Shown here in pieces: positions 30,624 through 38,918 of a stretch of 64,000 nucleotides of DNA. Numbering within the stretch: position 1 is the stretch's first letter; the number at the start of each line of letters is the position of its first letter. The notes under the pieces were generated by a model. It was not told the DNA's origin, searched no databases, and saw only the letters and a list, made by a program, of their open reading frames with translations. Source of the DNA: Phycisphaeraceae bacterium (GTDB lineage: Bacteria; Planctomycetota; Phycisphaerae; Phycisphaerales; Phycisphaeraceae); the NCBI GenBank assembly GCA_963674705.1, contig OY771506.1, forward strand, positions 1,472,001 to 1,536,000, written 5' to 3'. A program made the translations under genes and the position numbers.

Positions 30624-32792
30624 CTACTTTTGCTGTGCTTCGATCCCCAGGCCCTCGAGGCCGGAGGTGGTGGTTTGAGCATTGATACGGATGATTGGCG
30701 GCAGTTCCTGCTCGCCGACGATGACGAATTTACGACGATCCTTAAGCGTTTCTTTGAGCGTGTTGAGGTATTCCCGGGCCATGTAGTATTTGGGTGCTTG
30801 CTGATACGCGTCATAGCGTGAAGCGGTCCTCATCGCACGAGCTCGTTCGCCCAGAGCGTATTCCCAACGATAAGCGCGGGCCTCATAAATCAACTTCGCC
30901 GCCTCACCACCCGCCTCGTCCAGCAAACGTTCGATCTCGGTCTTTTTCACCAGAACCTGATCCGCGATCTTGTCGGCCTCGGCCTGATCGTAGTTGTCGC
31001 CCAGTCGCATCGCCTCGAGTGATTGCTGCAACGTAACAACCCCCTGGATGGCTTCATCGATCAGTAGCGCCTTTTCCTTGGAGCCCGCGATTTCCGCAAG
31101 CTCCGAGACCGCTACACGCTGCGCCTCCTGGATCATGGTCTGTTTTTCCTGGCGGGCATCGATCTGCTCGTGGAACTTCGCCGCCACATCACCTTCACGC
31201 GGCGGGTGCACCGCGTTCAGACCCACGTAAACGACTTCGATACCGAGATTGAGTCCGTCGGCATCCGCCTGGATCTGCCCCTGCAGCACTTCAGATGCAT
31301 CGATGCGCGCCGTCGTGAGCAACTCATCAATATCATGCGTGGCAAAGTACTGGTTGAATCGGCGTTCAGACAAGGATTCAAGCAACCGAACCGGATGCTT
31401 CGGATCGTCCAACGCCATCTTGCTGTAGTCCAGCAGACCATCTTCCGCGATGCGGTACTTGACGATGCCCAGCCCGCCGGCCAGTTCACCGGCAACGGTT
31501 TCGGTTTGTTGCTGAGCGTTCTGATCGGTCGCGTTGTCGACCAGTTGCGTCGGCGCGGTCACCATGTACTGCTCTTGTTCGCCGGTGTGTTGCGTGGTCC
31601 AGAGGATCGGGACATCTCGGTTGAAGCTATCGGCTGACGAGCCGACATTGATCTCGTGGACGCGAGAGGCGTCGAACTTATATGCCAGACCCAACGGCCA
31701 AGGCATCTTCCAGTGCAGGCCCGGACCGACAACGCTGCTGTCTGTCAGATGCCCCCAGCGTGTGATGACGGCTTTCTGGTGTGGCTCCACCAGCACCGCC
31801 GAACTGAGCAGGAACAGCACGATAATGCCGACAACGATCAACGGCGTGACGGCCTTGGCCAGCAGGCGGTAGAACCAGCTATCCGACACCTCGAAGCCGA
31901 ACTGGTAGTTGATCGCTTCGCCGATGATCTTGCCGAGAGATTCGTAGTGGGTCAGCCAGCCAAGGATGCGGCTGTCGAACGCCGCACGCGGGCGCTGGCC
32001 GGGCCGACGCGGCTGATAGAACCCGAAGATGACCGACAGCAGCATCTCCGTGCCCAGCAGGATCATGATGGTTGGGATCACGATCGCCAGCGCCGGGAAA
32101 AATTCAGCCGCGTTCAGTGCTTGCAGCGATGCGGTGATGATCAGAAGCAGCGTGCCGACAAAGTTACCCATCAGGTAGCTGGCGCCGCCGCGAAGCTGTT
32201 GCCATTCGGTAACCTTGGTCATGCCCGCGACGTAGCGGGAGATCAGGAACGCGGGGAACCCGATGATGACGGCAATGATCGCCACCGCTCCGACGCTGTT
32301 GCCGGTGAACCCGCCACCGGACATCATCATCTTGCCGATGTCCTGGAAGTACCCCCCCGCTTCGATGTCCTGTGCCGTGCGGAAAGCACCCAGGGCTTTG
32401 TTCAGCATGACAAAGCCCATCGCCAGCAGGTAGATACTGACCAATAGGCTGACGATGCTGATGCCGTACTTATAAAGGCGGTCCAGCCGTTTCTGAGCGA
32501 TGTGCAACTGTTGGCCGGCTTCATCGAAGAAGGCCGTTGTCTTGGCGTCCTGGGCAGCGAGCTGCTCGGTTTCCAGGGCCTCGACACGCTCCAGGCGGTG
32601 CTGGTTGTAGACCAGCCAAAGGATGATCCAGATCGGCAGGCCGCCCAGGTAGTACCAGAACAGGGCGTTGATGCCTTCGGCCCCGGCGTACAACCCCGTC
32701 AGCGCAGTCAGGATAGACAGCACCAACTGGGTGATCAGGCCCAGCAACACCGCGTTGCATGCTCTGCGGTAGGTTTCTTGATCGTGACTCAT
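30624..32792 (-). CDS. Polytopic membrane domain fused to an HflK-like SPFH domain
   Basis: Several N-terminal TMs, then VGPGLHWKMPWP, VHPP and YQQAP. Confidence 0.8.
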   Translation of the reverse strand: MSHDQETYRRACNAVLLGLITQLVLSILTALTGLYAGAEGINALFWYYLGGLPIWIILWLVYNQHRLERVEALETEQLAAQDAKTTAFFDEAGQQLHIAQKRLDRLYKYGISIVSLLVSIYLLAMGFVMLNKALGAFRTAQDIEAGGYFQDIGKMMMSGGGFTGNSVGAVAIIAVIIGFPAFLISRYVAGMTKVTEWQQLRGGASYLMGNFVGTLLLIITASLQALNAAEFFPALAIVIPTIMILLGTEMLLSVIFGFYQPRRPGQRPRAAFDSRILGWLTHYESLGKIIGEAINYQFGFEVSDSWFYRLLAKAVTPLIVVGIIVLFLLSSAVLVEPHQKAVITRWGHLTDSSVVGPGLHWKMPWPLGLAYKFDASRVHEINVGSSADSFNRDVPILWTTQHTGEQEQYMVTAPTQLVDNATDQNAQQQTETVAGELAGGLGIVKYRIAEDGLLDYSKMALDDPKHPVRLLESLSERRFNQYFATHDIDELLTTARIDASEVLQGQIQADADGLNLGIEVVYVGLNAVHPPREGDVAAKFHEQIDARQEKQTMIQEAQRVAVSELAEIAGSKEKALLIDEAIQGVVTLQQSLEAMRLGDNYDQAEADKIADQVLVKKTEIERLLDEAGGEAAKLIYEARAYRWEYALGERARAMRTASRYDAYQQAPKYYMAREYLNTLKETLKDRRKFVIVGEQELPPIIRINAQTTTSGLEGLGIEAQQK

Positions 32793-32958
32793 CTCAAATC
32801 CTCTAGTGGCGGGTCGGGTTGATCCGACGACCACACGTGGGTTAGCGTACAGTACTCACAGTATCATTTGTGCCGATATCAAACCCCCGAGGCCTAACGG
32901 CCGTATGATAAGGACCGTTAGCCCGGCCCGTTTCAAACCCCCGGATACGACGACTGTT

Positions 32959-34026
32959 ATGTTTCAACAACTCGTGAACATCGCACACAACACGTTCACC
33001 GAATCGATCCGTCAGCCGATCTTCGTGGTCCTGGTCCTGCTCGGTTCGCTGGCGCTCGTCCTGAACCCGCAGCTTGCCGCCTACACCATGGAGGACGACA
33101 ACAAGCTGCTGATCGACATGGGCCTGAGCATGATCGCCTGCACGTGCCTGTTTCTGGCGGCGTTCACAGCCACGGGCGTGTTTTCCAATGAAATCGAAAA
33201 CAAGACCGTCCTGACCGTGATCAGTAAACCGGTCAGCCGCCCGCTTTTTGTCGTCGGTAAATATCTGGGGATCGCAACGGCGATCGCCGTGGCGTTCTTC
33301 CTGCTCAGCATCGTATTCGCGTTGACGATCCGGCATCGTGTGATGTCGACCGCCAGCGACCACTTCGATATACCCGTACTCGTGTTCGGGATCGGTGGCG
33401 CAGTGATCGCGATTATCTTCGCTACTTCCGCCAACTACCTCTATAACAAAGTTTTCAGTTCGACACTGACGGTCGCGCTGCTTCTGACGCAGACCATCGC
33501 GTTCTGCCTGGTGCTGGTGATCAATAAGAAGTGGGGTATCCAGTCGCCATTGACCGAGTTCACCTCGCATGACGGGGAACTGACGCAGGTCGTGATCGGG
33601 CTGGGGCTGGTCTTCCAGGCGATGCTGGTCCTGACCGGCATTGCCGTAGCAGCTTCCACCCGTCTGGGACAGGTGATGACGCTGCTGATCTGCATCGGCA
33701 TTTCTTTCTTGGGACTCGGCAGTAACTCCCTGAGTCAGTCGGTCAACGCCCAATTGTCCATACCGGTCGAAACCGGTTACTACCAGAGCCTGATGGCGAT
33801 CTTCCAGGCGGACTTGGCCTTCTACCAGAAGCTGGTGTACGCGTTCGCCAAGTTGCTCTACATGCTCGTGCCGAACCTTCAGTTCTTCTGGCCCGCCGAC
33901 GCCATCACGCAGGACACACCGATCACGCTTGGGCTGTTCGGCCTGGTCTCGGCCTACGCCGGGCTTCAGATCGTAGCCATCCTCTCCATCGCTGTGGCTC
34001 TGTTCCAGAACCGCGAGGTTGGTTAA
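32959..34026 (+). CDS. ABC-2-type permease
   Basis: NTFTESIRQP, EIENKTVLTVISKPVSR...VGKYLG, LVPNLQFFW, FQNREVG. Confidence 0.85.
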   Translation: MFQQLVNIAHNTFTESIRQPIFVVLVLLGSLALVLNPQLAAYTMEDDNKLLIDMGLSMIACTCLFLAAFTATGVFSNEIENKTVLTVISKPVSRPLFVVGKYLGIATAIAVAFFLLSIVFALTIRHRVMSTASDHFDIPVLVFGIGGAVIAIIFATSANYLYNKVFSSTLTVALLLTQTIAFCLVLVINKKWGIQSPLTEFTSHDGELTQVVIGLGLVFQAMLVLTGIAVAASTRLGQVMTLLICIGISFLGLGSNSLSQSVNAQLSIPVETGYYQSLMAIFQADLAFYQKLVYAFAKLLYMLVPNLQFFWPADAITQDTPITLGLFGLVSAYAGLQIVAILSIAVALFQNREVG

Positions 34027-34159
34027 TTCACTCGACCTCTGTCGAGTCGTCGTGATGGATGGGCGGATCAATGACACGGCTGATACGGTTATGGGTTTCG
34101 TTTCGTAGAGGGTGAGTTTTCGGGGTTGATTCAAACATCTCGGCAGCGAGTGCATGAGC

Positions 34160-36172
34160 TTAGGCCATGGCAGGCGTTGCCTGCCCGGATTCTGTGTCCT
34201 GCTCCTGCTGAGGTTTGGCTTGCGAGGCTTGCAGGGCCTGGTGTTCCTGCTGCTCGATTTCCTCGCCGCTGCGGACCAGACGCGCCGAGTTAAACACCAC
34301 GATCAGCGAACTGACCACGTGCAGCAAGGCCGCGACCACCGGCGGAATGTGACCCGTGCCGGCGACGATGAGGAACAGCAGGATGAAGCCGCCGCCGATC
34401 GCCATATTCTGCTTGATCACCGCGCTGGTCTGACGCGAGAGCCGGACCAGGAACGGGATACGGTTCAGGTTGTTGTTCATCAGGGCGATGCTCGCCGAGT
34501 GGATCGCCACGTCACTGCCGGCAGCACCCATCGCGATCGAGATGTCGCCGGCCTTCAGCGCCGGAGCATCGTTCACGCCGTCGCCGATCACCGCAACACG
34601 GTGGCCCGCACTCTTCAAGCCATCCACCATCTCCAGCTTCTGGTGCGGCAGCACCTCGGCCTGGTATTCGGTGTGCATCTGGCCTGCTACTCGCTTGGCA
34701 ACCGATTCGCGGTCACCCGTGACAATGATCAAACGCTTCAGGCCCATCTCACGCAGGTCGTCCATCGCGCCTGCTGCCTGCGGACGGGTATTGTCCGCCA
34801 GACCTAACCAGCCCAGGAATTGGCCGTTACGTATCACGAACAGGGTCGAGAGCCCCTCGGCCTCCGGATCGTTGATGGCCTGCTCGATCTGACCTCGAAT
34901 CTGATCGTCATGTACTTCCTGCGTAATCCAGTTACCCCGGCCGACCAGGATGGTCTGGTTGTCGAACGATGCACGGACACCCTTGCCGGCCTCTTCGTGG
35001 AATTCGTTCGGATCACTGAGGTTCAGCCTCGCTTTACGGGCGACTTCAAACACGGCCCGCGCCACCGGGTGACGTGAACGCTGCTCAGCCGACGCAGCCG
35101 CCAGCAGCAGGTCCGCACCCTCGACGCCCTCGGCCGGGCTCAGACGCGTCACTTCCAACTGCCCCGTCGTCAGCGTGCCGGTCTTATCGAAGACCATCGC
35201 GGTCAGGTTACGTGCGCCTTCCAAATCAGTGACGGACTTGACCAGCACGCCTAATCGAGCGGCAGCGGAGATCGCCGCGACCATCGCGGTCGGCGTGGCA
35301 AGGATCAGCGGGCAAGGACAGGCAATCACCAGCATGGAGATCGCCGCGACCGCAGCCGCTTCCGGATTGGTCTGCGAGGTGTAGAACCAGACGATGAACA
35401 CGATCATCACGACGGTTGGCGTGTACCAGCCGGCATAACGGTCGATCATTCGCATCAAGGGAATCTTGGTCCGCTCGGCCTCGATGATCATGTCTTTGAC
35501 CCGGCCCAGCGTTGTGTCTTCGCCGGCCTTGGTGACCTTGATATCCATCGCACCGGTCAGGTTGATCGTGCCGCCGAAGACCTCATCGCCTTCGATCTTG
35601 TCAGCAGGGAGCGATTCACCGGTGATGTTCGCCTGGTTGACGGTGGAATGGCCCGATTCGACAAGGCCGTCAGCGGGGATGTTGTCGCCCGGCCGGACGC
35701 GGACGATATCGCCGGGGATCAGGTCCTTGGCTTCGACCTCGGTCTCCTGGCCGTTTTCCAGCTTGTGGGCTTTGGTTGGGGTGATGCGGACGAGGGCCTC
35801 GATATCACGCTCAGCACCCAGGGCTGTGCGGTTTTCGATCAGCACTGAAATGATCATGAAGAACGCAATGAAGCCGGCTTCGATGTACCAGCCCTTGGCG
35901 AACGCGGCGAGCACCGCCAGTGCCACCAACTCGTTCATGTGCATGTGTCCCTGCCAAAGGTCCTTCAAGGCCACCCAGACAAGCGGGGTGCCCAGCAGGA
36001 CCGTAGCGATACCGGCAAGCAGGTCCGAGGGGTCGTTGACATCAAAGGTAAGTTTGGCGATCAGCGCGCACATCAGCAACGTGCCGCCAAGCAGCGTCGC
36101 GATGATCTCCAGGCTTACCCGCCCGGTTTTGGATTTCAGGGCAAGGTCTTCTGCCAGATAGTCGTGGGCCAT
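34160..36172 (-). CDS. Heavy-metal P1B-type ATPase without N-terminal metal-binding domain
   Basis: TGES, IACPC, DKTGTLT, SRHP, GDGVNDAP. Confidence 0.93.
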   Translation of the reverse strand: MAHDYLAEDLALKSKTGRVSLEIIATLLGGTLLMCALIAKLTFDVNDPSDLLAGIATVLLGTPLVWVALKDLWQGHMHMNELVALAVLAAFAKGWYIEAGFIAFFMIISVLIENRTALGAERDIEALVRITPTKAHKLENGQETEVEAKDLIPGDIVRVRPGDNIPADGLVESGHSTVNQANITGESLPADKIEGDEVFGGTINLTGAMDIKVTKAGEDTTLGRVKDMIIEAERTKIPLMRMIDRYAGWYTPTVVMIVFIVWFYTSQTNPEAAAVAAISMLVIACPCPLILATPTAMVAAISAAARLGVLVKSVTDLEGARNLTAMVFDKTGTLTTGQLEVTRLSPAEGVEGADLLLAAASAEQRSRHPVARAVFEVARKARLNLSDPNEFHEEAGKGVRASFDNQTILVGRGNWITQEVHDDQIRGQIEQAINDPEAEGLSTLFVIRNGQFLGWLGLADNTRPQAAGAMDDLREMGLKRLIIVTGDRESVAKRVAGQMHTEYQAEVLPHQKLEMVDGLKSAGHRVAVIGDGVNDAPALKAGDISIAMGAAGSDVAIHSASIALMNNNLNRIPFLVRLSRQTSAVIKQNMAIGGGFILLFLIVAGTGHIPPVVAALLHVVSSLIVVFNSARLVRSGEEIEQQEHQALQASQAKPQQEQDTESGQATPAMA

Positions 36173-36494
36173 GGGTCGGTTGTTCCTTGGAAGTCCGATA
36201 ACCCAAGTTCGTTTAAAACAGGCGAACAGCGGGTGTTAAACAATACGTCGGGTATGCTAGAAAGTTCGCGCCAAACGTTCCAATCCTCAAATCCAGACCG
36301 ATGCAACGCGACTCATTCTCGGGACAACAGATAATTACATAACTCTAGGTAGATCAAGAGACAAAAGCGTTCAGGCCGGGAATCAGCCTATTACTTTCAG
36401 GTGATTGATATTAAAAATGATTGAAGAAATACCACGGCGGTCAGATCCTGCCACTCTCCTGCTCTCCTGTTCTACCTTCGCCTGCTCTGAACGG

Positions 36495-36527
36495 CCCGTC
36501 CCTTCGCTGCGCTCAGGACCGGCGTTG
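36495..36527 (-). repeat. Dispersed REP-like element, copy B
   Basis: Reverse complement CAACGCCGGTCCTGAGCGCAGCGAAGGGACGGG matches 29581-29613 with two mismatches. Confidence 0.75.
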
Positions 36528-36538
36528 GGGGGAAGGAA

Positions 36539-36570
36539 AGCCATTAGCCTTTAGCGATTAGCCATTAGCA
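36539..36570 (+). repeat. Short heptamer tandem repeat (AGC-N2-TT)
   Basis: AGCCATT-AGCCTTT-AGCGATT-AGCCATT-AGC. Confidence 0.7.
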
Positions 36571-36597
36571 TCGCTACACCCCACCCACCCCGCGCGT

Positions 36598-36647
36598 AAA
36601 AATCCCGCAGCCAGATCCGCTATAGATATGCCGGTCTGACTGCGGGA
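36598..36647 (-). terminator. Strong minus-strand intrinsic terminator
   Basis: TCCCGCAGTCAGA/TCTGGCTGCGGGA 13-bp stem (its G-U pair works only on minus) followed by T5. Confidence 0.85.
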
Positions 36648-36652
36648 CCACT

Positions 36653-37198
36653 TGGAGGACTGTTGTGGAATGCGTCGGCTTCTGGTTTTTCAGGTGACGC
36701 TTCCCTCGGAATGGGGTGGGGCTTACATCTTACCCTATTATTGTCGCAGTGGTTGGCGTTTCTGCCGTTTCCCACAAGTTTTTAACTTGTTTCTGCTTGT
36801 TTCTTAATCTCAACCATCCACGTTGCACCGTTTTTTGGCTGATGTACGGGGTGGTTTGTCTGGTTCCTTGTCGCTTGCGTCGACTTCTTCTTCGGCAAGC
36901 CATATATCCGAGTGCGGTGCTCAGCGTTACGCCATACTTCGCATTCGATCTGGCGTCTGCCTTGCCTTCTTCACCGAACCTGTACTGAGCCACGTATGCC
37001 CGCATCACATCACTCGCGGTCTACTAGGCCCTACTACGCCAGGCCACGGTTCCGGTGTTCGCGCTGACACGCCGAGAAACGCAGTTTCCTGGCCCGCCCG
37101 TCGGAGTACGCCTCTGACGCCCTTCTTATATGCAAGCGCTGTGCCAATATCCAAAACAGCCCTCTGGACCAAATATCCCGTATCCAACCGCTTCTCCA
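36653..37198 (-). ncRNA. Candidate large structured non-coding RNA (~550 nt, family unassigned)
   Basis: At least eight consecutive stem-loops with minus-strand G-U bias, A-rich linkers, partial 5'/3' end pairing, an adjacent terminator and no credible ORF. Confidence 0.65.
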
Positions 37199-37407
37199 TG
37201 CTTATGTAATAATCAGTGGCCACTTGCTCGCGCATTTAATAGGCGGATTGGCTAACTGCGTTAAGATCTCATGAGTTAGGATTGGGCAAGACAGGCAAAA
37301 TACGAACCCACTTCGCGGTAGCATGGTAAGAGAACAACACGCGCGATGACTCATTCACATTCATACGTTTAACAAACCTGTAGCGACCCTTCATGGAGAC
37401 TACTGTC

Positions 37408-38079
37408 ATGTCACTGACCATTACCTACCTCGGCCATTCCGGCTTCCTCTTCGATGATGGCAAACACAAACTCGTCGTCGATCCGTTCCTGACAGGCAAT
37501 CCCCTCGCTGTACACAAACCAAACGACATCGCCTGCGATTACCTCGCACTCACGCACGGCCACGCCGACCACTTTGGCGACACGCTCCCCATCGCCAAGC
37601 AAAACAACGCCACCATCATCGCCGCCTTCGAAATCTGTGAGTACTGCGCCGAGCAAGGCATCCAGAAGTGCGACCCCGGCAACCCAGGCGGCCGTGTCTA
37701 CACCGACTTCGGCTACGTCGCCTTCACCCCCGCGTTCCACTCCTCCTCTTATAAGGGGCGATACATGGGCCAACCCTGCGGCCTGGTGATCTCCATGGGC
37801 GGCCACAAGGTCTACCACGCCGGCGACACCGCACTCTTCAGCGACATGAAACTCATCGGCGAAATAGGCCAACCCGACATCGCCATGATCCCCGTCGGCG
37901 ACCGCTTCACCATGGGCCCCAAACTCGCCACCTACGCCGCCGAATGGGTCAAAGCCAAAACCGTTATCCCCGTCCACTACAAAACCTTCCCCCTGCTCAC
38001 CGACGACATCAGCGAATTCAAACCCAAGGGTGTCGAAGTTAAAGAAATGCAACCGGGCGAGACGTGGGTATTTGATTGA
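37408..38079 (+). CDS. Metal-dependent hydrolase, metallo-beta-lactamase fold (UPF0173-like)
   Basis: YLGHSGF, VDPF, THGHADH, YHAGDT, PVGDRFTMG, IPVHY. The start could also be 37393. Confidence 0.9.
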   Translation: MSLTITYLGHSGFLFDDGKHKLVVDPFLTGNPLAVHKPNDIACDYLALTHGHADHFGDTLPIAKQNNATIIAAFEICEYCAEQGIQKCDPGNPGGRVYTDFGYVAFTPAFHSSSYKGRYMGQPCGLVISMGGHKVYHAGDTALFSDMKLIGEIGQPDIAMIPVGDRFTMGPKLATYAAEWVKAKTVIPVHYKTFPLLTDDISEFKPKGVEVKEMQPGETWVFD

Positions 38080-38146
38080 TTATTCAAACAACACTCATTA
38101 CACAGCCGCCGTGTCACACGCAGCGGACCTTGACTGGAGGACATCT

Positions 38147-38596
38147 TTGAAGAAGAGCCACTTTCTGCTCTTGTTTTTTCTGGGTCTGCTACTTACCGGA
38201 TGCGGGCATAGAGGCCCCACTTCGGGCAACACACCACAGGAGATGTTTGAATACACGATCCAGAAGCCGATCCCAGCCAGCGTTACCAATCTGCAAGGGG
38301 TCGGTGATACATGGCAGGGCTACAACCTCTACATCCGCTTTCAGGCTTCAGATGCAGATATCGATGCGCTGATTGCTCTGGGCTTTGAGCCAGATACATG
38401 GCAATCAATATCGAATCGCTTTGACATTCCAAATGGATATGACAGTTTCAAACCTGGTTGGAGCCCGGCATCCATAGCAATAAAGGAATGCTATTCTTTC
38501 GATGACGTTAGCAATAGTTGGACAGGTTCTGGTTCGCACTATCTCGTGATCGATCGGAGTACAGGCACCGTGTACTTTTATGGGATCGGTATCTAG
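38147..38596 (+). CDS. Hypothetical lipoprotein
   Basis: TTG start after GGAGG; lipobox LLTGC; more AT-rich than its neighbours. Confidence 0.7.
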   Translation: MKKSHFLLLFFLGLLLTGCGHRGPTSGNTPQEMFEYTIQKPIPASVTNLQGVGDTWQGYNLYIRFQASDADIDALIALGFEPDTWQSISNRFDIPNGYDSFKPGWSPASIAIKECYSFDDVSNSWTGSGSHYLVIDRSTGTVYFYGIGI

Positions 38597-38918
38597 CGGT
38601 GCATCTGCACATTCGATGCCGGAGGGCTTCACTTTTCACTCCGCGCCAAGCACATCACTCGGCTTATCAAGAATCTGCGTCATCTGCGGATAGCTTCTTC
38701 TCTGCGACCTCCGCGCCCTCTGCGGTGAACTCCCACCGTACAACTTCACATGTAACAGTCTCTTGTTGGAGTCATGTTCATCAATACATACCTTTAGCAC
38801 CGATTGACCCCTCCCCCCTCACCCGCTAGGGTGTCGCCCTTCCATCGTCCTTATATGAAGCTGGCTTGGCTTCTAGCGGCGGACTACCTACTCACCACAG
38901 ATTCCCTGGATCACCACG

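Noticed and set aside
29581..36527. Composite transposon bounded by the inverted 33-bp repeats
   Set aside because: No transposase, no target duplication seen, and one copy lies inside the hflC-hflK operon.
36653..37198. Identification as tmRNA, RNase P RNA or a group II intron
   Set aside because: No tRNA-like T arm/acceptor end, no GAGGAAAGTCC or ACAGAACCCGGCTTA, and no GTGCG 5' end or domain V recognised.
36716..37235. Short ORFs 36730-37008(-), 37005-37235(-), 36716-36988(+) and 36823-37209(+)
   Set aside because: No recognisable motifs, no convincing RBS and atypical codon usage; the region is better explained as structured RNA.
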